Source of the DNA: a virus
Lineage: Duplodnaviria; Caudoviricetes
Strand: one strand, 5' to 3'
DNA: 64,000 bases
Virus record (IMG/VR): IMGVR_UViG_3300000553_000030
Span: 1,805 to 65,804 of that record
Every line of letters starts with the position of its first letter. Within the stretch, counting starts at the first letter, position 1. Shown here in pieces: positions 1 through 9,196 of the stretch. The translations under genes and the position numbers were made by a program. The notes beneath the pieces were generated by a model. That model was given only the letters and a program-made list of their open reading frames with translations. It ran no database searches and was not told the DNA's origin.

Positions 1-18
1 TCTTAGTATTTTCTTTAT

Positions 19-882
19 TCATATAATGATATTATCACGATTATTCTGTGATGTCAATAATTTTTTCCAATGATGTCTATTAAAATTTGTTTTTGGATGA
101 CAACTACAACATAATGTTATTAAATTTTTAATTGTATTATTTAGTTTGTTATAATCAATATGGTGAATTACCAGATTTCTTTTAAATTTTTGCTTAGATT
201 TATTTTCATCTATAAAGCATACTTGACACCTGTAATTATCTCTTGTTTTTATTATATTTTTTAGTGTGTTATTAAATTCTATAGAATATTCTCCAAAACT
301 ACTTCCACCATTCCAACAAGGGTTTCTTTCTCCCATTTTACTAACTTTTATTTTTTCTCGTGCCTCCGATTTTTTAGCGGGATTTGTTTTTGGATTTTTT
401 AATCTAACCGAATTAGCTTTATTTAAACATTTTTTACACAATTCGCTCGTATAATATATTTTAGCATTGCAAAGTTTACATTTTCCAGTTTTGCGATTTC
501 CAGAGGTTTTCCCATCTTTAAAATTTGGATTGTTTATCCCAACATATTTGCCAAGTTTAACTATGCTTTGTTGTTTTTTACTTGTATCTGTATGGAACTT
601 TTTATAAAACCCATTTCTATCCCCAATGCTTGCACACCGTCTACAAAATGTTCCGGCCGGGTGAATCCATGTATCACAATCTTTACATTTCTTTTTATAT
701 CCATATGTTCTTCCACTAATTCTAAATCGTTTTTCCTTTGTTTTTATAATATCTGGAAAGGTTGATTTTTCTAAATCTTTTTGCATTTTTCCAATAATAT
801 CGCATTTGCCTATCACGGCGTTCTGCAATGAGTTCTTCAATTGGCCTGTTAAGTTTTTTTCTTCCCATAAATTTTTATTCAT
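19..882 (-). CDS. HNH homing-endonuclease-like protein with CxxC and NUMOD3-like segments
   Basis: C-terminal RDNYRCQVC...IHHIDYNKLNN...NLITLCCSCHPKT HNH motif; GERNPCWNGG and GINNPNFKDG repeats. Start uncertain (882 or an internal Met). Confidence 0.8.
   Translation of the reverse strand: MNKNLWEEKNLTGQLKNSLQNAVIGKCDIIGKMQKDLEKSTFPDIIKTKEKRFRISGRTYGYKKKCKDCDTWIHPAGTFCRRCASIGDRNGFYKKFHTDTSKKQQSIVKLGKYVGINNPNFKDGKTSGNRKTGKCKLCNAKIYYTSELCKKCLNKANSVRLKNPKTNPAKKSEAREKIKVSKMGERNPCWNGGSSFGEYSIEFNNTLKNIIKTRDNYRCQVCFIDENKSKQKFKRNLVIHHIDYNKLNNTIKNLITLCCSCHPKTNFNRHHWKKLLTSQNNRDNIII
722..868 (-). CDS. Small basic 'MGRK' protein (48 aa) nested out of frame in the 5' part of the HNH ORF
   Basis: Manual translation MGRKKLNRPIEELIAERRDRQMRYYWKNAKRFRKINLSRYYKNKGKTI*; three paralogs elsewhere in the window. 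Confidence 0.7.
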   Translation of the reverse strand: MGRKKLNRPIEELIAERRDRQMRYYWKNAKRFRKINLSRYYKNKGKTI

Positions 883-888
883 ATACTA

Positions 889-895
889 ATAAATA
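889..895 (-). promoter_or_regulatory. Recurrent TATTTAT motif (putative phage promoter), 6 nt before ATG 882
   Basis: Same motif at similar spacing before many genes (see findings). Confidence 0.55.
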
Positions 896-949
896 GTATA
901 TAGAAAATTAAAAGTATAAAAAAATGTATGAAAATTTTGTTGTAATTCT

Positions 950-1264
950 TTACGCATATGTTAATTCTTTCTTTGGTTTGTGTCTAAATATTTTCTTCTC
1001 AATAAAATCTTCTAATTCATCTTCAAGTCTCTCTAAAAATTCTTGTTCTACTTCATATCGAGTAGTCTGTTTTGTGTTTTCTTTTACTATCTTCAAAACA
1101 TCGGTAATTGTTTCTGGTGGATGTTTTACATCTATGTAAAGTGCTCCAAATGGATAGTTTGACCAAACAGAATCCACTGAAATCGAAGTTTGTAATCTAA
1201 ATCCCAACGATTCCAGAAACTTTTCAGATTTTTCCGGTAAATGTATTTGTGTTAAGTGCGCCAT
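950..1264 (-). CDS. Hypothetical protein
   Basis: 104-aa ATG ORF in the minus-strand gene run. Confidence 0.6.
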   Translation of the reverse strand: MAHLTQIHLPEKSEKFLESLGFRLQTSISVDSVWSNYPFGALYIDVKHPPETITDVLKIVKENTKQTTRYEVEQEFLERLEDELEDFIEKKIFRHKPKKELTYA

Positions 1265-1367
1265 ATTAAATCCAAATAATCGCTACAGAATTTACATTCA
1301 TCTTTTATGACGGAAGGAAACCCAATCGCCAATTGTATGTAAATCTTTAGGAAAGCCTAGAGTATTA

Positions 1368-1401
1368 CAAGCACAATCCCTTTAGGGGTTGTGTGGTTGA
1401 C
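1368..1401. mobile_element. Hairpin resembling an IS200/IS605-family (IscB/HEARO/TnpB) end, degenerate
   Basis: Minus strand GTCAAC-CA-CACAACCCC-TAAA-GGGATTGTG-CTTG; no transposase or IscB/TnpB ORF adjacent. Confidence 0.4.
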
Positions 1402-1589
1402 TACAGAGTCTTTCCCTTTGATTCGTGTTCTACGACAAATTTTCGCAATGAATTAAAAAAATTGTCAGCAAACATATCTAATGTTTCATCACTGACACAA
1501 GTAAATTTTCCATTTCGTAAATCACGGCTTAATGCCATTAATGTTTTCTTTGTTTGTGCTGTATTGATGTGTTTTCGATTTTCATTCAT
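1401..1589 (-). CDS. Hypothetical protein
   Basis: 62-aa ATG ORF in operon context. Confidence 0.5.
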   Translation of the reverse strand: MNENRKHINTAQTKKTLMALSRDLRNGKFTCVSDETLDMFADNFFNSLRKFVVEHESKGKTL

Positions 1590-1621
1590 ATTTTATATTT
1601 CCTTAATCTTTAATTACTTTA

Positions 1622-1876
1622 TCAGATTTTTTCAACCTTGTCAATCTTTATTCCTTTCCACTCATAATCTATAATTTTATAATTATTGTCGAATATGGTG
1701 TCCAAATCTACATCGTGGTGAATAAGTCTCAATTTACACGCATAATGTTTTGACAACCAATCTTGAATATTTTGGTCATTTACTGACAAATAATGAGAAG
1801 TGCAACTAGGATTACTTACAAATATATGACACGCTTCTTTGTGTTCATCACAAACAGCTCTATACCATGTTTTCAT
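1622..1876 (-). CDS. Hypothetical protein
   Basis: 84-aa ORF, Cys/His-containing, operon context. Confidence 0.55.
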   Translation of the reverse strand: MKTWYRAVCDEHKEACHIFVSNPSCTSHYLSVNDQNIQDWLSKHYACKLRLIHHDVDLDTIFDNNYKIIDYEWKGIKIDKVEKI

Positions 1877-1884
1877 ATTAACTC

Positions 1885-2148
1885 TTATTTTTTTTTCAAA
1901 ACTATTTCCATTTCATCTTTTGTAGGTTCATCGTTTATCCCACAAATCTTACATTGGTCATCTAATAAAAAATCTCCCTGTTTCAACAATTTACAATTTG
2001 CCCGATATCCAGAACCATCATAATATGGGCAGGGATTGGTCTTAATTATAAACCCATACGTTTCATCAGGAACAATTTTCTTAATCGTATAACAATACAT
2101 TCCACTGGGCACTCTAAATTTTGCTATTAATCGCTTTATTAGTTTCAT
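1885..2148 (-). CDS. Hypothetical Cys-rich protein
   Basis: 87 aa with GMYCY, CPYY, CKLL and DQCKICGIN motifs. Confidence 0.6.
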   Translation of the reverse strand: MKLIKRLIAKFRVPSGMYCYTIKKIVPDETYGFIIKTNPCPYYDGSGYRANCKLLKQGDFLLDDQCKICGINDEPTKDEMEIVLKKK

Positions 2149-2455
2149 TTATTCCTTTATAACACTTGTTGCCTGTTGCATACTTAAAATCCACATAAAA
2201 TACTAGTGATGTCGGGGTGTCCATAGGTTGAACACTTATCAAGTCCCTCACTACAATATTATAATTCGCTTTTAGTATAATTGGAAATGCTATTTTTCTA
2301 AATGGTCCACGTTTGAAAATATCATACCAAACACATCTAATTAAACGACTTAAATATGGTATTCCAAAAAGCAGTGTACTGCCAATCTTATATTTTAATC
2401 GTTTATACCACGGATATTTAACTGGTTCTATTGATATAATACCGATATCCCTCAT
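2114..2455 (-). CDS. Small protein containing a gp23-like major capsid protein segment
   Basis: IAFPIILKANYNIVVRDLISVQPMDTPTSLVFYVDFKY matches the conserved VQPM..P..LVF segment of T4-like MCPs. Confidence 0.65.
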   Translation of the reverse strand: MRDIGIISIEPVKYPWYKRLKYKIGSTLLFGIPYLSRLIRCVWYDIFKRGPFRKIAFPIILKANYNIVVRDLISVQPMDTPTSLVFYVDFKYATGNKCYKGINETNKAINSKI

Positions 2456-2462
2456 ATTTTCC

Positions 2463-3410
2463 TTAAAATGTAAAAAACTGTTCTGCTATTCTGACACTAA
2501 TCGATGGATATTTCCAACCAAGGACATCGAACAATCCCCTTTTCTTTGGTTTGTTTGTGGTAAATTTGCTTTTTAACTCCTGTTCGTACATCCCGCGACG
2601 ATCTACGTATTCTGTGATAAAGTCCAATATTTCCTTCGGATCAGTTCCGTCACTCTTTAACGCTAAACAATCAATTCCATATTGGTTTTCTTTGAGATAT
2701 ACATATCGAATCTTTTGCCCAGTATAAATTGGTTCAACCGTTTTACTAAGACCAAGTTTAGCCAACAAATCGTTATAATGTAACGCGGCTTTTACTTGGG
2801 CAGGGGACCCCCCGATGATTTCAAAACGCTGCCTTCCTTTAGGATTATAATCTTTATCCCCCTTCCTAGACATGAATTTAACAGAGGTTGATTTAGCACC
2901 ATCAAATAGTTCAATATCCTTTAATCCCTCTTCAAATTTGATAATTTTGTCGTCAATCTCTTTTTGGTCTTTATTAGTCAAAATCATTTCCATGATTTCT
3001 TTCATAAAGTTACTAAATTTTGGTGGGAATGATGAACGGACAACATCGATGCCCTTAACATCCATCTTACTACAGTTGTTGCCGCCTTCATTTACAATCC
3101 ATTGACAATATCTTTTCTTGGCTATCCAAATGGCAGATTCTGCAACCATTTCCTGTTTAATAAAGAATTTATGAACCTTAACATTAAATAATCGTTTGGC
3201 TAACACATCGACCATCCCGTTGATATGAGATTGGACATCTCCTGTAATTGCCAGTGTCGCTTTAATCATTTCCTCGCGGTTTTTACGGTCAATATTTGGA
3301 TACCGTTTTTCAATTAATGGTATAGATGATGCAAACGCTGAATCTGTGTCGCTGTAAATTACGTGGTCCGTATTACATGGTAATTCTTCAATTGTTATTA
3401 TTTTCTTCAC
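2463..3410 (-). CDS. Family B DNA polymerase, C-terminal part (motif C, thumb)
   Basis: VIYSDTDS, AKKRY, KGIDVVRSS motifs; GTG start 4 nt after GAGGTG; 23-nt overlap with the upstream part. Confidence 0.9.
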   Translation of the reverse strand: MKKIITIEELPCNTDHVIYSDTDSAFASSIPLIEKRYPNIDRKNREEMIKATLAITGDVQSHINGMVDVLAKRLFNVKVHKFFIKQEMVAESAIWIAKKRYCQWIVNEGGNNCSKMDVKGIDVVRSSFPPKFSNFMKEIMEMILTNKDQKEIDDKIIKFEEGLKDIELFDGAKSTSVKFMSRKGDKDYNPKGRQRFEIIGGSPAQVKAALHYNDLLAKLGLSKTVEPIYTGQKIRYVYLKENQYGIDCLALKSDGTDPKEILDFITEYVDRRGMYEQELKSKFTTNKPKKRGLFDVLGWKYPSISVRIAEQFFTF

Positions 3411-5160
3411 ATTTCACCTCATAAACAATTTCGTATGTGCCATCATCATATGTTACCTTATATTTTTTACCGAGTTCTTTTTTGTAATAATTGTTTAATA
3501 CATTACCAGCAAATTTAATAATCTCTTGACCTGAAATAGTGACTGCTTCTGCGCAATAATGGTTGTAAAATCTAAAGCTTGGAAGCCCAGTAACACCATA
3601 AATACTATTGGACAAAATCTTCAATGTCATCTGCTTTCTATTCAACACAATATATTCATCATGCTTACCAGCCCTTTTCAGAACATCGGCTTTCTTTCTT
3701 ACGACTTTTCTATCTTCAATCCATCTCTCAATTACGGTAGGAATAACTCCGGGAGTAGTTAGATTGAATAATGCCCCGTTAGATGCTACTGAATAATTCC
3801 CCCTGGCAATCAATTCCTTAAATTGTTCAATGGTATACTTTGTTCCGCTTACAGAAACTTCTGTCAACTTATTATTCAAATAATCGTCAGGTTTCCACTT
3901 ATCTACAACACCAACTAGCGTTTCTGGACTTATGTTCAGGCTTTGGATAATACTCGGATATAGGGATTGCATATCCAAATCGTACACCCAATCGTATTTT
4001 CCGGGAACCGGTTCCTTAACAAATGCTCCAATAAACGTAGGACCATCTTCATCACCATCTTCACTTTCTTCAATGTCAAGTTCTACATCAATTTGTAGTG
4101 TAGGTTTGTTACAGGCAATCAAATTGTTGCGTTTCAAATATGTCAAAATAGCACCTTCCAAGAACCTCGAAGATTTTTCAAAATATTCATAAGGAACATG
4201 GCAAAAGTGACAAATTTCTCTGGCTTGGTCAATGTAATTATATTTCTTATCCAATTCAACAACGATTTTAACGTCATTCAAGTTATATTCGATATATTTT
4301 TTGATATCGGTTTTGTAAAGATTGTTCAAACTACCAGTGTATTCTGTTTTACCAATACCAACTTCTTTCTTACCAATTTTTCCCAGTTGATATGATGCTT
4401 CGTTGACACCGCTATACCGCTTATACATAGGATAATAATCTAATGCGGTACATACACCAGCAATAATCACTTCGTCTTTGTACTTTGATTGATATGTTAC
4501 TCCAATCGGAGATAATCGATTGACTTCACGACTTCCCATTGTATTCTTAATACGATTATAAAGATATGGAATATCAAATCCAATTGATTCAATTCCGGGA
4601 GTAGAACTATGGGTGCCTCTCGAATTCCACCCGGTAACAATCGTTGGTTGGATTTCTTCCCAAACATTCAAAAATGCATATAATAATGACTGTTCATCCT
4701 TAAATGAACGCAATTTCAATTCGTTTGTATCGGAATCTTCGATTAGACCATCAGCATCCAAGATTAATGATGTATATTTCTGAGTGGTTTTATCATATAA
4801 AGAAATTGCCGTGATTTTCTTATCGGCAAGCTTCATATTGGCAAAACCACCTTCAACATCAGTTTCAATATCAAGAACAACTATATTATGCCCGGTGGAA
4901 ATTTCATCACTATCATAATACCCTTCAATCAAAGCTCTTACAGACAAATCAACATCTGATTCAAATAATGATGGATCTTTTGGGTTTGCATACGTAGTTC
5001 GTTCAAGTTTATCACCAAATACGGATGTATATGTACCAACAGGAGAACGGCGATAGGCATAATTTAATTGGGCATGAGGAATGACCATTGGATCGGGCAA
5101 TTGGTCATCAAATATATAAATTCTCTCATTTCTCTTATCGTTATATACCGTTTTGTACAT
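3388..5160 (-). CDS. Family B DNA polymerase, N-terminal part (3'-5' exonuclease, motifs A and B)
   Basis: LDIET, VTGWN...FDIPY, YNLND exonuclease motifs; DLDMQSLYPS and KILSNSIYG polymerase motifs. Confidence 0.92.
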   Translation of the reverse strand: MYKTVYNDKRNERIYIFDDQLPDPMVIPHAQLNYAYRRSPVGTYTSVFGDKLERTTYANPKDPSLFESDVDLSVRALIEGYYDSDEISTGHNIVVLDIETDVEGGFANMKLADKKITAISLYDKTTQKYTSLILDADGLIEDSDTNELKLRSFKDEQSLLYAFLNVWEEIQPTIVTGWNSRGTHSSTPGIESIGFDIPYLYNRIKNTMGSREVNRLSPIGVTYQSKYKDEVIIAGVCTALDYYPMYKRYSGVNEASYQLGKIGKKEVGIGKTEYTGSLNNLYKTDIKKYIEYNLNDVKIVVELDKKYNYIDQAREICHFCHVPYEYFEKSSRFLEGAILTYLKRNNLIACNKPTLQIDVELDIEESEDGDEDGPTFIGAFVKEPVPGKYDWVYDLDMQSLYPSIIQSLNISPETLVGVVDKWKPDDYLNNKLTEVSVSGTKYTIEQFKELIARGNYSVASNGALFNLTTPGVIPTVIERWIEDRKVVRKKADVLKRAGKHDEYIVLNRKQMTLKILSNSIYGVTGLPSFRFYNHYCAEAVTISGQEIIKFAGNVLNNYYKKELGKKYKVTYDDGTYEIVYEVKCEENNNN

Positions 5161-5166
5161 TGACCC

Positions 5167-5195
5167 AATATAACCGATTCCCGTTTAATTGTCAA
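5167..5195 (-). promoter_or_regulatory. Sigma70-type promoter for polB, probably leaderless
   Basis: TTGACA-17nt-TATATT, then 6 nt to ATG 5160. Confidence 0.65.
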
Positions 5196-5896
5196 TTTGT
5201 TTTAACACCAAAAACCTTTCCATCTATTATAACAAATATAACGTCTTTCAGTGATTCTGACAATTTGTTAAATGTGGTTTTCAGTGAAAGCAAGTCATCA
5301 TCTGCAATTGGTTTAGTGGAAATGGTTGATTTTTCAACCGAATAGAAATTGGCATCCTTGGTGGATAATGGTATATGCTTTGTTATAATACCAACAGTAT
5401 TCTCAGACAATTTATACTTTTTACCTTCAAGCACATTCAATACATCGGCTTCTCCCTTATAAACAGCTATAATCGTGGTTCCCTTATCAGTAATGACTCT
5501 AAACTGTCCACAATTTAGTATTATATTAATTCTGGGAGTATGTACTATTAGGTTATTCTCAATATTGTTGGTATTGCCATTGATTATATCAACAGTACCG
5601 GACATTAAAGAGAATGTATATTTAGTTTTAATAGATTTTAATGTTGCTGGAAGTTCTGGTTTGGAATAATCAGCATATGTCTGGTTAACAAGGAACTGAG
5701 AATTTTCATTAATTGATATAAAAACGTTATTGAAATATGCTATATCGGTTATCGTATTGCTGCCGACATTATAAGTAATCTGTTCTTCAAATGATTCATA
5801 TGTCTTACCACCAATAAAATAATTGGAAGGCATATCTTTAGCGTATAATGTATAGCAGAATAATAACGGCAATAGAATTTTTATAAGTTTGGTCAT
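5192..5896 (-). CDS. Putative secreted FecR-domain-like protein
   Basis: Signal-peptide-like MTKLIKILLPLLFCYTLYA; L.SG.V...VHTP...GQFRV...T.IAVYKGEADV pattern. Confidence 0.55.
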   Translation of the reverse strand: MTKLIKILLPLLFCYTLYAKDMPSNYFIGGKTYESFEEQITYNVGSNTITDIAYFNNVFISINENSQFLVNQTYADYSKPELPATLKSIKTKYTFSLMSGTVDIINGNTNNIENNLIVHTPRINIILNCGQFRVITDKGTTIIAVYKGEADVLNVLEGKKYKLSENTVGIITKHIPLSTKDANFYSVEKSTISTKPIADDDLLSLKTTFNKLSESLKDVIFVIIDGKVFGVKTN

Positions 5897-5963
5897 ATAC
5901 TATAAATAGCCACAAAAGATTAAAATAAGTTGTCATTTAATTGACTTATGGTAAAGTAGATAA

Positions 5964-6863
5964 ATGGAAGAAATTAAAAAGAAGAAAATATCATATAGTC
6001 AATACTCTACTTGGAGTTCATGTTCATACCGTTGGTTCTTAGATTATGCATTAGGATTAAGAAAATTCGATGCATCAATTAATACCTGTTTTGGAACTGC
6101 GATTCACTTTGCAATTCAGACATATCTTAAAGCCCTATATACCGAAGGCGCAGAAGCCGCTGATAAGATCGAGGTATTCAAAATGTTCAAACAGGAATTT
6201 GAAAAGGAATTGGGTAAAAAGGATAATGATGGGAAACAGGTAGTCACTTATACCGACGATGAATATACCGAATTTGTTTTTGATGGAGAAGACCTTCTTA
6301 AAGCATTTCTTGATACTTCCACGAGAATTAAACATTTCCCCAGTAAGAAATATGAATTTATTGGTGTAGAAACTCCAGTGGAAATGGACATCAAGAATAA
6401 CCTGAAATTCATAGGTTATTTAGACTTAATCCTAAAAGAAAAATCCAGTGGAGTATACAAAATTATTGATTTCAAGACTTCTTATAATGGGTGGAACCAG
6501 TACCAACGTGAGGATACTCTCAAGGCGGAACAGTTGTTATTGTACAAGGCATTCTATGCGAACATGCTAAATGTGCCACTTGATAAGATTGAAGTGGAGT
6601 TTTTTATTTTGAAACGAAAGCTATATGAGAATGTCGCATATCCTCAAAGCCGTATCCAAAAATTATCACCCACTCAAAATAAACCGATGATTACCAAGGC
6701 GGTAAATAATTTAATCGAATTCATTAATAATTGTTTTACGGAAAACGGGGAATATAATAAAGATGGTGTCTATTATAAGAATCCCGGCAAGGCAAAGAAG
6801 AACTGTAAATATTGCAAACATTACAAGACCGAAAATTGTGATGGTAGAGAAGACAAAGAATAA
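5964..6863 (+). CDS. PD-(D/E)XK exonuclease, Cas4/RecB-like
   Basis: SYSQ...C, FGTAIH, GYLDL, IIDFKT, QLLLY and C-terminal CKYC...C motifs. Confidence 0.85.
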   Translation: MEEIKKKKISYSQYSTWSSCSYRWFLDYALGLRKFDASINTCFGTAIHFAIQTYLKALYTEGAEAADKIEVFKMFKQEFEKELGKKDNDGKQVVTYTDDEYTEFVFDGEDLLKAFLDTSTRIKHFPSKKYEFIGVETPVEMDIKNNLKFIGYLDLILKEKSSGVYKIIDFKTSYNGWNQYQREDTLKAEQLLLYKAFYANMLNVPLDKIEVEFFILKRKLYENVAYPQSRIQKLSPTQNKPMITKAVNNLIEFINNCFTENGEYNKDGVYYKNPGKAKKNCKYCKHYKTENCDGREDKE

Positions 6864-6969
6864 TTTCCCGCCTTTACATTCTCACCACAAAATATAAATA
6901 ACATTTTACCAAAATAAATTGTTGTTTACATCAGTTTACTGATATGTATGTTTATGGGCAATCATACAA

Positions 6970-7149
6970 ATGAAAGAAAATAAACGACACATGGTTAATT
7001 TGACCGCAGAGGATTACAAGAAAATTCAAGATTATTGTAAACCGAGGAATCTCATTGTTAGTAAGTGGATAGCTACTGCGTGTGCACAGGCAATAAACGA
7101 AATTATTAGCGGATCTGGTTCGGTTAATAAACAAATACTTCACGGATAA
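6970..7149 (+). CDS. Ribbon-helix-helix-like small DNA-binding protein (59 aa)
   Basis: Manual translation MKENKRHMVNLTAEDYKKIQDYCKPRNLIVSKWIATACAQAINE...; paralog of five others. Confidence 0.6.
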   Translation: MKENKRHMVNLTAEDYKKIQDYCKPRNLIVSKWIATACAQAINEIISGSGSVNKQILHG

Positions 7150-7150
7150 T

Positions 7151-7384
7151 ATGAAAAAGAAAACCAATACCGAATGCTACAAGTTCACATTAAATACAAA
7201 TGACGTAAATACGCCGATTACATTTAAACGTAACGAAGATGTATTGATTGCCGGACTAAAGGTGAGTGGTTTTATTGATGACGTTTGGGGACACAAGGGT
7301 GGCACACAATATTCGGTAATATATTATGCTGACGATAAGAGACAAAGTGCGTGGTTCTATGGTCGAGAATTGGAATTATTATGA
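7151..7384 (+). CDS. Hypothetical protein
   Basis: 77-aa ORF. Confidence 0.55.
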   Translation: MKKKTNTECYKFTLNTNDVNTPITFKRNEDVLIAGLKVSGFIDDVWGHKGGTQYSVIYYADDKRQSAWFYGRELELL

Positions 7385-8004
7385 ACAACGACTTATCTTT
7401 GGTAAAATTGATGAATAGTGATGAAGATTTCATTAAACGAATGGAAACCAAGAAGGTTAATGTAAAACAAGATAAAATTCGATTGGAGGCTGCGGCCAAT
7501 GAATATAGTAAAAAATATGAAAAGGTCATTGAACAAGGTACAATAGAGAAACAATTACTATTGGAAGATGGTAGAAAACGTGGTTTAACAGAAGAACAAG
7601 TTTATGGTAAATTATCTAAATATATACCGGCAAAAGATACACCAATCCTTAATATGTTATACTTCTTACTTAATGAATATAAAAACGAAGCATCAGCAGT
7701 TCAATTTTTAAGAGAACAAAAAGACCAAGGCAAAGATTATGAATTGTTAAAAGAACAAATGGATAAGTCTTATGGTCATTTAACAGAGAAAGATGCAGAA
7801 CAAGCTTTACCAGATTTATTAGAATACGTTTATAATAACGTTACATTAGATATTTTTGCTACTATCAAAAAATTAAAAGCGTTATCAACCAGTGAAAATG
7901 ATAGTGAAGCATCAAGAGCATTTATCAAAGGCAGAGAATTGTGTAAAAAATACAATCTCGATTGGGATAGGATTCCCTGCAACGTTGATGAAGAAGTAAA
8001 CTAA
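7381..8004 (+). CDS. Hypothetical protein with C-terminal DUF2786-like helices
   Basis: IKKLKALSTSENDSEASRAFIKGRELCKKYNL; ATG 7381 taken as start. Confidence 0.6.
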   Translation: MNNDLSLVKLMNSDEDFIKRMETKKVNVKQDKIRLEAAANEYSKKYEKVIEQGTIEKQLLLEDGRKRGLTEEQVYGKLSKYIPAKDTPILNMLYFLLNEYKNEASAVQFLREQKDQGKDYELLKEQMDKSYGHLTEKDAEQALPDLLEYVYNNVTLDIFATIKKLKALSTSENDSEASRAFIKGRELCKKYNLDWDRIPCNVDEEVN

Positions 8005-8019
8005 AAGGAAAACAAACAT

Positions 8020-8187
8020 ATGGCAACAAAGTTAACAAAACAACAAGCAGAAGAAAAGGTATATCAATTAACAGAGCGTCTTATCAAACTGAAATTGGAT
8101 GCTAAGGATACAATGACAGGTTATAAGGATAAGATGAAAGACGTTGAAAGTGAAATTAAGGCAGTTATCGAAGAACAAAACGCTTAA
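8020..8187 (+). CDS. Small coiled-coil hypothetical protein (55 aa)
   Basis: Manual translation MATKLTKQQAEEKVYQLTERLIKLKLDAKDTMTGYKDKMKDVESEIKAVIEEQNA*. Confidence 0.55.
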   Translation: MATKLTKQQAEEKVYQLTERLIKLKLDAKDTMTGYKDKMKDVESEIKAVIEEQNA

Positions 8188-8267
8188 AATATAAAGGTTA
8201 TAATAAGTAAGAAATAGTAAGATTTTTCATACTTTGAAATTTCTATTTGATATGTATTAATAAGCAT

Positions 8268-8435
8268 ATGAAACGGCAAGAAACTAAATTAAATGATAAA
8301 TGGTCAATCCAAATATCCAAAGAATTAAAAATAAAGGTTAAAGAATTCTGTAAAGCCAATGGATATTCTCTAAGTGGTTATATAGAACAAGCCATTCATA
8401 AAGCTATATCGGGTAGCGTTAAACCAAATGAATAA
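8268..8435 (+). CDS. Ribbon-helix-helix-like small protein
   Basis: SIQISKELKIKVKEFCKANGYSLSGYIEQAI pattern. Confidence 0.65.
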   Translation: MKRQETKLNDKWSIQISKELKIKVKEFCKANGYSLSGYIEQAIHKAISGSVKPNE

Positions 8436-8634
8436 GATATTAGATAAAGAATCTGTTAAAACACTCGTTTTTAAGCATAAAGATAGTTTTACACAAGTGT
8501 TCAAATCCGATTATACATTCAATACGAATAAAATAGAAACAATTTTAAAACACAGCGCGTGTATAAACCTGGGATTTAAACATGAAGTATGGATTTTCGA
8601 TAGGAATAAAAATTTACAGGAAATTATTAAATAA
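8428..8634 (+). pseudogene. Internally deleted endonuclease remnant
   Basis: 68 aa ending in KSDYTF...K..AC..LGFKHEVWIFD, like PD-(D/E)XK phage endonuclease C-termini; follows an RHH gene as intact cassettes do. Confidence 0.45.
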
Positions 8635-8635
8635 T

Positions 8636-9196
8636 ATGAATGAACAAATTACTAAGAAAAAAAAGATTCTTTTTATATGCGATGACATCAGATTTTTTTC
8701 AGGCATCGCTGTAATGGCCCGTGAGTTGGTAATGGGAACTATTCACAAATACGATTTTTGTGTTTTAGCAGGTTCGGTAAAACACCCCGAAGCTGGTAAG
8801 GTCATTGATATGAGTCCCGCTGCCAAGGCACAAACTGGTATTCAAGATGCATATCTTCGCTTATATCCAACAGATGGTTATGGTAATGAAGAATCATTAA
8901 TGGCAATTATGAATATCGAGAAGCCCGATGCATTACTATTTTTAACAGATCCACGATATTTTGTGTGGCTTTTCCAGTTGGAAAGACAAATTCGGGATAA
9001 GATTCCAATGATTTATTGGACAGTGTGGGACAATCTTCCATATCCCATGTGGAACAATAGTTTTTATCAAAGTTGTGATACATTATTGGGGTTTAGTAAA
9101 CAATCTGATAATATTCATAAGTGGACATTGAGACCAGAGAACTGTATATCTATAGATGGAGAATTTGACACACTGGGAAACTTAATAAAAGAATAG
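8636..9196 (+). CDS. GT-B (GT4-like) glycosyltransferase, N-terminal half
   Basis: KKILFICDDIRFFSGIA...EKPDALLFLTDPRYF...WDNLPYP; lacks the nucleotide-sugar domain, which is at 10294-11271. Confidence 0.8.
   Translation: MNEQITKKKKILFICDDIRFFSGIAVMARELVMGTIHKYDFCVLAGSVKHPEAGKVIDMSPAAKAQTGIQDAYLRLYPTDGYGNEESLMAIMNIEKPDALLFLTDPRYFVWLFQLERQIRDKIPMIYWTVWDNLPYPMWNNSFYQSCDTLLGFSKQSDNIHKWTLRPENCISIDGEFDTLGNLIKE

Noticed and set aside
5964-6863. Cas4-like gene as part of a CRISPR-Cas system
   Set aside because: No repeat-spacer array or other cas genes seen; solo Cas4-like nucleases are common in phages.
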